Assembly (NCBI GenBank): GCA_034226945.1
Contig: CP120462.1
Span: 930,001-975,652 of the forward strand
Direction: 5' to 3'
DNA from: Picochlorum sp. SENEW3
Taxonomy: Eukaryota
Length of the DNA stretch: 45,652 nt
Within the stretch, counting starts at the first letter, position 1. The number at the start of each line of letters is the position of its first letter. The translations under genes were made by a program, and so were the position numbers. This document shows positions 32,792 to 42,799 of this stretch, piece after piece. Below the pieces are notes generated by a model that saw only the letters and a list, made by a program, of their open reading frames with translations, was not told the origin of the DNA and searched no databases.

Positions 32792-33612
32792 CTAATGATG
32801 GCCACCACTACTTGGTAACCTTTTCAGCACAAAAAATTCACCACCTTCGATAATTTGCTTGGGAGGCTGCCCCTCCTCGATGACACCCCACCAGACGGTG
32901 GAGTCATCGTCTGGGTCAGGAACACCTACAATCCTCTCTGAGAACTCTGACGTGACCTCTACTGGATTGGTCTCGGTCCCGAAGGGAGCGTCTAGCCATG
33001 CTTCATGAAACAAGTCTACGCCCTTGTTCGCAGATTCCAACTGTGCCTTCTCTAATCCTGTCGCGTGCTCAATCTCAGCATCAAGGTTGGTGACTGCCCC
33101 CGATGAGGCAAAACTTGTGGTAGACACGTTCGCCTTGCTGACCACGTTCCACAAAGACGCCTGCAGACAGGAAAAAATACAGTCATCAGAAAAAGCAACA
33201 TCATGCATCACCATCGGTCACCACCGTTGCAAGACCCGGTAGGCCTTTGGCTGGGTTGGGAGCAAGCGCCTCAGTTCGGCATACACACGCCCTCGCCTAC
33301 CACGTCTTATTATTTCCCATACGTTTGTCTTTTAAAATCCTTGCATGTTGACCCCAACCCTGCCAAACCAAATGGAGTCCCTCGGGGATCCACACGTGAC
33401 AACGCGACCAGTCTGTCGAGCTGGTGAAGCCCCAAATCAGCGACACAGCGCACCCCAATCCCGATCAAATTATTCGTTATTCGTCAAACGTATGACACGC
33501 AAAAGTCACGTACCCCACACTCGCGAGCCCCTGGCACAGCACTCTGGCCCTCCCCCACGAGCCCAGCCCCAGCACGTGCCACGCGGACGATAAGGGACCC
33601 AAACTTGTTCAT
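32792..33612 (-). CDS. COX5B: Cytochrome c oxidase subunit 5b. Exons 33612-33514 and 33160-32792.
   Basis: HATGLEKAQL, PFGTETNPVEVTSEFSERIVG and VWWG, with an N-terminal presequence MNKFGSLIVRVAR. Intron 33513-33161. Confidence 0.82.
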
Positions 33613-33856
33613 GTTTTAATACCTCACGCTTTTTGAAGAAGGAAAGTTTTCCGTCTGCTCCACTGCTGACAAATTCACCGTGCACAAACCTCCTGGTATA
33701 CAGTGGAGATTTGCCATAGTCAGCCCATCAGGCAACCCCTTTGGTCGGGTCGTTTTTTCCTGCACGTATCCAGACCCAAGGCATCCTTTTTTGGTAGGGA
33801 TATTGCGATGATGAGACGACGTCGTCGCTGGTTATTGCCTGTATTACTTCTTGGAG

Positions 33857-35491
33857 ATGAGTGACTCTGCAAAGGATGGCGGGTCCCCGTGCGTTCCTTG
33901 TCTTCTCAACCTTGCTCCATGTTCCGTGTCCTCGTAACCCGTTGTTTCCGATATGCAGGCACGGTGGGCTCTCTAAGAATCATGAGAATGCAGGAACCTT
34001 CAAACGTCTCAAGAAGAGCATGTCAAGGATGGCAACGAGGAGGAAGAACAAAACGGTTCCTCCTGAATCTGCACCAGACGTTGTAGCTGAAGAGACCACA
34101 GGACCAGTTGTACCCGCATCTGGCCGGGCCGAAAAGGGACAGAGGAATCTTGCGCCCCCCGTAAGTCGTCAGTGGGAGGTGAACTCGGAGCTGAGGACAT
34201 TCTCAGACACTTTGCATGAGGTGTTGCACGTCCACGGCGTGATCGAGAGGAGCAGAAAGTCTCTCAAAGCTGCCGAGAAACTGACGAAAACTCTCAAAGA
34301 GCAATCTTCTGCATCTCTGGAGATATCAAAGCAGGATTTTGGACCATCTGGAAACATTGACAATGCCACAGGAAAAACTAGTGTGCGCACGACTTTTCGA
34401 GAACTGCCCACGCATGCAGAGAGCCAAAAGTTGCTAGACTCGCTGGAGCACAATATTCGCCATAGTACGGTAGACAACATAGAGATGGCGATCGATCGCA
34501 TGATGAGAGTACGCAGTGATATTCAGACGAGCACAAAAGCCCCTGAGAAGAACACAGCACTGGGAGACCACCGCTTGCACCGCTTGGCGGATCTGGATTC
34601 TCTTACCACTCGATTGTGTGGATCGCTTATAGAAAAAGACGACTCGAATAAAGGGGTCTGCGTCGGCCAGATTGACCGGGTTGCCAGGCTGTTGGGAAAA
34701 TTGGCATCTCCCCGGATCCAGCTTCAGTATCTGTTGAATTACCATTCAAACAGAATGCGACAGAAATTATCCTCGAATATTGTGTCTTTAAGTGTGCCTG
34801 ATACTTTTCATTTTTCCTTGGAAGAAGGAGGAAACAAGTCTCCTAGCAGGATATCCAGTGATATTGGCTTTGCAATGATGGGGATGCTCTTGGATGCAGA
34901 GGAACAGGTCCACCATCTCATCGACCCTCACTCGAACCCTTCTCTGGAACGAATATTCGCCCAGTGGGTCCAAACACGAGTTAAAGAGACGTGCGATGTT
35001 CTTCTGCGTCTAGTGGTCCTGCCAATGGCCACTCCCATGGGTCTGTTTGTGGTCTCCAGATGCTTGGCATTATTTCAGGCCTACTGCAGAGCTGTGGAAT
35101 GCGCACTCAAAGTTCCGATTCAGAACACTGTTATGTCCGTACTATATCGACCATTTATTGACCTGCTAGAAAGAAAGGTCGAGCAGCACAACTTTCTTGT
35201 TTCATCAGAGCAGAGTTTCCAGGCGGAATGTGCGCCCATCATGAACTGCCTGCAGTCCAATGCATTTATCATGGGCCATACGCTCTCAGAAACGCGGGTT
35301 TGGGCCGCGACAATATTGGCAGAGGTGAGATATATATATATATACATGGTTTGTCTGGTCTGGTCTCACAATCCACCTTTTTGGGAGTCTGTATGCAGAG
35401 ATGCGTGGCCCGTATCAAGCCTTCCAGTGACGCGGATAGTTTTGCTCTAGTGGAGCTGCTGAGGGACTCTATTGCCGTTGACAATCTCTGA
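33857..35491 (+). CDS. Exocyst subunit Exo84-like helical protein. Predicted exons 33857-33888, 33959-35324, 35399-35491.
   Basis: The segment RVARLLGKL...LLNYHS...FAQWV...GLFVVSRCLALFQAYCRAVE...LYRPF resembles the plant Exo84 C-terminal region from recall. GT-AG introns keep frame. Confidence 0.55.
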
Positions 35492-35676
35492 CAATCTTGT
35501 CTTGCTTTAGCAACCTACTGTAGATCCCACTCTCATCAACCTATGGACCTACCCTGCTCGCTCTGATACCTCTGCGCCTGCGCGCGAGCTTATTTATAAA
35601 AAAAAAGAAAGTAAAGCTTCATTTAATTATTTATCACGGGGAGAAACATTGAAAATCCCAGACTTGGTACAGAACC

Positions 35677-36992
35677 ATGAGCCTCTGGAACGTCACCACA
35701 GCAAAGAGTCGGGGGTGCATCAGTGGGCCGAAATCGGCACCCCTGCCGGTTGAATCTCCTCCAAAAATGTATCGTGGCAAAGTGTGCCGCAAGGGTCAAG
35801 CGCGCGCCGGCTCCATGGGCATCGGGTTCACAGCAGGCGACGAGGACCTGCTGTTGGAGAACAAGAACCTCGTGTCTCCAGAATATGGACTCACTGTGCA
35901 ACAGATGCATGTCTTGGGCCTCACTCCTGAAGGATTGACCAAAGCCCCGGTTGTGGAAGCCGTACGTTGTTTGCCTCGTCATTCGCTGCAGCAGTGCTCT
36001 AGCGACCGAAATGGAGCACGCGGGCATGGCAGAAGAAATCTAACAAGGCATTTTGTATGTTGCAGAGTGATCTCACTGCCAAGGCTTTCTATGTCGGCGA
36101 CGAGGTGAGTGCTTCGACTCGGCAGTCTGTTCGGATGGCCGTCGATACCAAAGCCCCAGGCCAGGCCCCTCCAGACCTGCCATCGCTCCTGTTGGATGGC
36201 CGTATCTGCTATATCGGAATGCCTCTGGTTCCGTCTGTGACGGAGCTTGTTATTTCGGAGCTGCTGTGGCTGAACTATGCCAACCCAGAGAAACCTGTGT
36301 ATTTGTACATAAATTCGACTGGTACGCCACATGTTGATCTATTCCGTTTCGTTTTGTGTCTCAAGAACAGAATATTATGATTGTATAACTGTCCTGCTCG
36401 TGAAGGTTCCCAATCCGCTGATAAAGAAGCTGTCGGTTTTGAGACCGAGGCCACGGCCATTTTGGATACAATGTCTTACATCCGCCCAGATATATACACT
36501 CTGGTACGCTGCATCATATCATGGGTCGTTTTTGGTGCTGATTTTGAGCAAACGTGTGCATCTGCTGTTCAGGTAATCGGGCAAGCTTTCGGGAATGCAG
36601 CCATGATCCTGGCATCTGGTAAAAAAGGCCACAGATTCGCGCTCCCGCACTCGAGAATCATGACATGCCCTCCTAGGTTGAATCGCTCTTTTGGTAGTGT
36701 AAGAGATGTCATGATCAAAGCCAATGAATTGGAGAAGTCGACAGAAATCTACGTGGATCATTTGGCGCGGTACACAGGGCAGGATAAGGCCTCATTGAGG
36801 AAGGACGTTGGAAGGAACAGGTATTTCACGCCAGAGCAGGCCATCGAATACGGACTCATTGACTCAGTAGTTACTCCAAGTAGCAATGTCGCCATGGAAT
36901 CGAAGGATTACGAGGCCATGCTGCGCGCCTCTCAAGCTAGGATGTCCAGCAGCAGAGGTGGCGGAGGAGGGCCCGCCCCAGCAGATGCATAA
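35677..36992 (+). CDS. Plastid Clp protease non-catalytic subunit ClpR. Exons 35677-35961, 36066-36321, 36406-36503, 36573-36992.
   Basis: APPDLPSLLLDGRICYIGMPLVPSVTELVISEL, YLYINSTG and FETEATAILDTM. The catalytic Ser and His are replaced (QAFGNAA, RIMTCPP). Confidence 0.9.
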
Positions 36993-37107
36993 ATGACCCC
37001 GAATGATTTCTGTTGTATATTTTAATTTAAATTAAAGAGTGAAACCCATGGATGTGTTTTACGCGCCCTGTGTTTGATGCATGAACTGTTTTTGTTAGTG
37101 TTTCGTC

Positions 37108-38878
37108 ATGGCGGAGCACGACCTGGAGGACCCCTGGCTGTTGGAGGCCGCGGAGCCCGCAAGCGACCTTGAGCAATTCAATGACGATGTGGAGCAAGCA
37201 CCAGATGAGAATAGAGACGCGAAGGAGGTCGGCCTGCAGCCCTCGGCCACGTGGCTAGGCAAAGTACGAGGATTCCACCCTGGTTTCTTCGGTTTCGAGC
37301 GAGCCTACAATCGCTATTTTTACACACTCTTGATTTCTATGAGATACTTTGAAAGCATACGTGACGACGAGCGACTGGGAAGGGTTTTGCTAGCGCTCTT
37401 GCAAGGGGAGGTAAGTCAGTGGCATTCATTGTTGTTCTTGTTGTTTTGTCCTTATTTCCTGCTCATTCAATAATGCATAAATGTATTTTTCAGAGACCTT
37501 GGATGTTGAATCTAGTGTGGCAGTATTGGAAAACGTCCCTCCACGACAGATTTTCAGAAGTTTTGATGGTATTGTATCGATTTCTGCTGCGCCACAAGGA
37601 GCTGGTGTCTGAGGACGACCTGCGTAGATTTCTTCGAAAAGCCGAGCAATATCAGCCACATGAGGATAAAAAGGTCCGGTTGAGAGAATTAGGAGCGACG
37701 CTGTTGGCACACCAGGGCAGAGTGGCAGATGCCTATGACATGTTGCCGCAGCCGGCAGCCCTGGTATCCACAGCCCTGAAGAATCCCAAGACGCACCGAC
37801 ACGACAAAATGCTTGGTCTTTTGAGGAAGAAACAACTGTATAATCTTTTGAGATCGAATGAGGATGGTGCATCCTGGGACCCCTTGCGCCACGATCCTGA
37901 ACAATGGGGGAAAGCTGGAAGGAATGGACGCCAGTTGGCTGTGGAGTCAAAAATGCATTTACGCCGAGCCTTGCAGAAGGATCCTGAGGACACGATGCTA
38001 TACATTCACATGATAGAAATATTTCTGAACGAAGGAGACCTGGCCGGTACGGTGCTTGCGCTCGCTGTTTGGGGGTGGAATGGGCGTTTCCAGGAGATGG
38101 TCAACATGTGTGTGTGTGTGTTGCAGGAGCCAGAGAAGTGGCCTCCACCATGATCGAGGCGGACGACAAGACAAAAAATCTAGACTTTGATGCGAATGCA
38201 TACTATTTGATGTTTCTCTTGAGAGACTTAGATGAACAGATGGGATCCAACAGCAATCTGGCGGTGCAAAGCTGCCTTGAACAGGCATTTGCATGCTGCT
38301 TCAGGATGCTGCGAATGGATCCGAAATCAGTTCCAACACTGCGAGTTGTCATCAACCTGTGTGACGCGTTTGAAGAATTTGCGATGGACTTTCAAGAGGA
38401 TGTACTGGAGTCTCTAGTCTTGTCAGTTGGTGTGGTTTTACCCTTTCCAGTTGATCACGATGATTTGAGTCCAGATAGGACGGTACAGATACGTGCGCTG
38501 GTCATTATTGAAAAGATCCTTCATGAATTTTCGATCCATTATCTGGAGAGTTTTGAGCGCGAGGGGACGAGGCCAGGCAGTATTGGGACCAAAAATCCAT
38601 GTGTCAACGCCTTGATGTTGATATCAGCCCAGAGATACTGGCATCCTACGATGTTCCAAATACCGTGCACAGAAGAAGGGCATGCCCGCCTGGCAGTTCT
38701 TTATATCGTGTGGCGATTGCAGAGGGACAGGAAACTCTTCTGGGCCTGTATGTCCGATCCATCTAGGCTCAGCACCATTCTACATGAAACACTCACAGCC
38801 GATGGTAGGGCAAAAGCACAGATGCTCTGGATAGAGACTCGGTTGCAATTGTACATGAAAATTCTTCAAAGGATCTGA
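37108..38878 (+). CDS. Uncharacterised TPR/helical-repeat protein, possibly TAF1A/Rrn11-like. Exons 37108-37410, 37494-38046, 38127-38878.
   Basis: Three ORFs are joined in frame by GT-AG introns, with a TPR-like KMHLRRALQKDPEDTMLYIHMIEIFLNEGD. The gene model is solid, but the family call is weak. Confidence 0.55.
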
Positions 38879-38931
38879 GAATTCCTACAGATTATTGTTT
38901 GTTTATTTATATGTACTGAATTCGTCTGCAG

Positions 38932-39011
38932 TGAGCTTGCTTGATTTCAACAAGGATGGTGTTGTGGACTTGAATGAATTCCCCGGCTGGTTTGCAAGCC
39001 AAAAGATGTAG
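38932..39011 (+). pseudogene. Orphan EF-hand-encoding exon-like fragment
   Basis: After a CTGCAG acceptor it reads SLLDFNKDGVVDLNEFPGWFASQKM*, a canonical DxNxDGxxxxxE loop. No matching upstream exon found. Confidence 0.45.
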
Positions 39012-39283
39012 CAAATATCGGTTATTTTTAATTTGATTGAAACCATGAATACATACCACATGAGGATCGTCATCATGCGCCTTGATGACAACACAGACTT
39101 TGCTTCCAATTTTGATGGAGCACTAACAACAAGTTGTGTCTGCTACAACGACACAGGGTTGATTGTGTTCTTTCTCGAGAAAGAAGACGAGATGAGATTG
39201 ATCGTCAATCAGAATAAACTCTTGACTCTAAAGTTTGCCTGTGTTGGTGATTGAGGAGTTGCAGGGTCCCACAACAAGAGATA

Positions 39284-39418
39284 TGAGGCCTTTGGAAGAT
39301 TTTTTCTTGCTTTCTCCTCACCACTGACTTCCCACGGGAAAAACTTGGCAAGATTGATGGCTGCATTCGCATCTCAGAGTTGCCAGAAAGCACGCTCACA
39401 TCCATTGTTGTGTACACA
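39284..39418 (-). pseudogene. Second degenerate Fanzor/TnpB-like C-terminal fragment (repeat of 5278-5422)
   Basis: Clear nucleotide match to 5278-5422. Reads CVHNNGCERAFWQL*DANAAINLAKFFPWEVSGEEKARK, then a frameshift before FQRP. Confidence 0.7.
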
Positions 39419-39446
39419 GAGAACCTTTGCCTTCGGAAACAGTTCT

Positions 39447-39666
39447 GGTACTTGGGTATGTGTGTCGATCAGTCTACTAGAGTGTCCAATTGCATTGAAC
39501 ATGCCATTATACTTGCAAAAACGTCCTGCTGACACCGCGAGGAATGAAAATCCCCATGAAAAACACAGGTGGTCGTCGTCAGTTCCGTTCACATAAGTTG
39601 GGACGAGGAGGAGGGGCCTGCAGAGCTGTCACCCATGGGCAGGAAGGGCCAGTAATATGATTCATA
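39447..39666 (-). repeat. Inverted copy of subtelomeric repeat 40820-41037
   Basis: About 220 bp aligns in reverse complement with 40820-41037, for example TTATACTTGCAAAAACGTCCTGC and GCTGTCACCCATGGGCAGGAAGGGCCA. Confidence 0.9.
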
Positions 39667-39673
39667 TTCATAC

Positions 39674-40309
39674 TACTGTACTCGATTAAATTATTAGGAC
39701 GATTTAAGACTAGTTGTCATGACACCCGATTTCATATTAGACGCTGGATGATCTGCCCCAGAAACAGGCCTTAATGTCACTCAATTGCTCCTTTTCCGGT
39801 GTTACATGATTACTACAAGTCTAATGAATACATTGAATCCCACTCCTATCACAAGACACTGTCACAACGGCGATTTGGAGGCCATCATGAGGCATGGGCC
39901 TCTTCACCTTCCTGCAAAGTGCACTCCACTAGTACATCATTGCTCTACTCAATATCTATGGTTCCTTCTTCTTCGTCTGAACACTCTGATATTTCCTGAG
40001 ACTATTCTGCTGTTTATCAGCCTTTCATGTCAAATTTATCAACAATCTACGCAATTGCATGACCATGTATGGTGGGAACTCAGTGGAGGATGCCACAGAT
40101 GCCAGATCTCATCCTGAGGGCGTTTGATGGATCGCGGGCCGGGTTAAATCGATGCAAGAACGTATTAGTATGCTCTGGAGCAAGTCTCTAGCCTTAGGTC
40201 GCCATGTAAGCCAAGTTATGGGCGATCAAAGATTCGGGAGATTCGATATTAGGACAATTTAAGGATGCTTGTCATGACACTTTGTCTAATAATTTAATCG
40301 AGTACAGTA
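39674..40309. mobile_element. Non-autonomous Tc1/mariner/pogo-type element (MITE-like): 632 bp with 22-bp perfect TIRs and flanking TA
   Basis: TA-CTGTACTCGATTAAATTATTAG (39674-39697) and CTAATAATTTAATCGAGTACAG-TA (40286-40309) are exact reverse complements. No intact transposase inside. Confidence 0.8.
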
Positions 40310-40347
40310 AAATAATTATACCACCCATGTATGGCTACGTCCAGAGA

Positions 40348-41981
40348 GTGTTTTTCTGCTGTAATTGAACACAATAAAAAATTGTGACCATGCCCATTTG
40401 GCCATTTGCACATTTGCACATTTGTCGCGTGGTCGTCTTTTTTTATTGTGTCTTTTTACAGACTAATATCACGACGAGCGTTGTTGACATTGTGTCTCCG
40501 GTCGAATGGATGACAGGAGCGGACATAGTTCAGTGAGACCCACGAGGTTGAACAAGCTAGCGTGCTCTTGGCGCGACACACTCGCTGCCACCCGCCTGCT
40601 TGAGCTTGGTTTTGTTTCTTTCTGCCGTCTCATTGATTTGATTCAAAAGTATTGCAATATCAATCAACGATTCGTGCAGAAACCCATCAGGAGAAACAGA
40701 GGTCCTGGAAGTCGTGGCTCTGTCCACTGTAATTGCCAAGGCATTCCCGTGGAACAGCTACGGGCCCCTCTCTGTGAATGTGGCCATACGTGGGTCGTAT
40801 GATGGACTTGTTATGAGTCTATGAATCATATTAATGGCCCTTCCTGCCCATGGGTGACAGCTTTGCAGGCCCCCTCCTCGTCCCAACCAATGTGACGCGA
40901 ACGGAATTGACGACGACCAGCTGTGTTTTGAATGGGGACTTGCATTCGTTGCGGTGTCGGCAGGACGTTTTTGCAAGTATAATAACCCATATTCAACAAT
41001 TGTACACCAGACTGATAAATACACATTCCCAAGTACCCAAGTGTTTTTCTGCTGTAATTGAACACAATAAAAAATCGTGACCTTTCAATTTTAACGACAA
41101 CTTTAACGACAATTTTAACGATTTCACCCCAGTGTTTTTGTTGTAATTGAACACAATAAAAAATTGTGACCAAAAAATTGGGCTCGAACCCTGGACCACC
41201 GTCGCTCTTTTTTATTGTTCCCATTTACGGAGAGAAACGAGTAGAGTTGAGTCAAAGTGACTTATTCTACTACCATCCAACGGGTCGACGGACCGGACCA
41301 TTGTGCTATCAAAAATTTAGGGTATAGCCCTATACCCTTCCACGCTGGTGTCAGAGGCTGTCCACTTTTGTCGCGTGGTTGCCTTTTTTTATTGTGTCTT
41401 TTTACGGACAGAGACGACGAGCGTGCCAGGCGTGATATCTCCGGTCGAATGGATGCCAGGAGCGGACACTGTCAGTGAGACCAACACACAGACTCTCCTC
41501 CTCTACTCCGCTCCCATCAAGTACTCCTCCTCCTCTTGAAGAGTAATAAACACCACCATTAACCTGTTACATGGTTTATGTGTCCACAGTTTTCCGTGGC
41601 GACGACAGATGCTCGCAATTAGCAAGCTTGGCTTTCGTTGGCATTCTTGGCAACACTCACAACCATTCGCTTTCTTGAGGTTTGGAGTAGTCTGCCGTCT
41701 CCTTAATTTGATTCAGCGATATTGTGAAATAACAATCAACGAGTGATTCGTACAGAAACCCACCCGGAGGAGAACTTCGTCTTGGCTCTCCAGACCTGTC
41801 AATGGCATTCCCGTGAACCTGTTGGGGACCCCTTTCTCACTCTCTCTCTCACTCTGTGGACGTGGTGGTCATACGGTGGTGATAGATTTGGTTCATTGTG
41901 AATATATACAAATAATCAGCGTGGCCCTTCGTGACAACTGCAGGCTTCCTTGTCTCAACAGCCTTGACGCGAACGGAATTC
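40348..41981 (+). repeat. Diverged tandem-like subtelomeric repeat units
   Basis: 40421-40540 matches 41367-41482, and 40552-40910 matches 41621-41981. A 40-42 bp motif GTGTTTTT...TGTAATTGAACACAATAAAAAAT(T/C)GTGACC occurs at 40348, 41041 and 41132. An inverted partial copy lies near 42435-42497. Confidence 0.85.
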
Positions 41982-42799
41982 GTGTTGATAGGACATTCAA
42001 CTCATTGACAAACGGGAATACCCCTGTATCATTTCACTACATACATCATGAGGGTCATATTTAATGCCAAATATGGTGCTCTGACTTTTTTCTACTCGTT
42101 GCACTACCTCGGTCACTGAGGTGTCATGGCCCATGGCTGTAGGTCGGGTTGGTATGGCCAAGGTCTTTTCTACCACCTTTAGTAGTAAGTAAGTACCACT
42201 ACTAGTGGTATGTATGCAATCATCGTGTGTCATCATCGTGGTTTGGCAATGTACGCATACATTCTAAGGCTATGGATGGACGGTCCATCTGAGGGGCAGA
42301 TGGACCATTGTGTTGTGTAGCATGTGGACATCCATCCATTCTCATGTGGACTCTCATGTGGACCGACCCTGAGTCCCACCATTTCTCTGCGCAGTATTGA
42401 TTGTACATTACACGTGTCAATCCAACATTTAAAAATAGTATCGAATCAAGTCAAGGAAACGACAGACGAAAGAAAACCAAGCCAGCGGGTGGTTGTGGGA
42501 TGCACCTCTGGGCCTCTTGTGGTGAAACTACCCCTTTGTTTGTCGTCGAACGTTGCACTTTCCCTGTGTGCTTTCCGCTCTTAATTTTTCTTTTCTTTTT
42601 CGAACAGATGGATCGATTTGTCCTGCGAGCCTGGCTCGTGGCTTCTTATTCTTTTTTTTTCTTGCCTCGGTTTGAGGCTGTGCCTGCTCTTCCAATCTTC
42701 TCAACTCCTTTTCTTGTTCTTGTTGCTTGGCAGCCTTTTGAATTTCGACTATTCGACAAGGTGTCAAATACTAGTAGAGCCCCATTCAACAACCAACCT

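Noticed and set aside
38903..39109. Minus ORF ending ADEFSTYK resembling the Fanzor DExxTS motif
   Set aside because: It lies downstream of the RuvC-III fragment (wrong order), and the plus strand has the better EF-hand reading.
40348..41171. CRISPR-like interpretation of the 40-bp repeats
   Set aside because: Only three copies with irregular spacing, no cas genes and a eukaryotic subtelomeric context.
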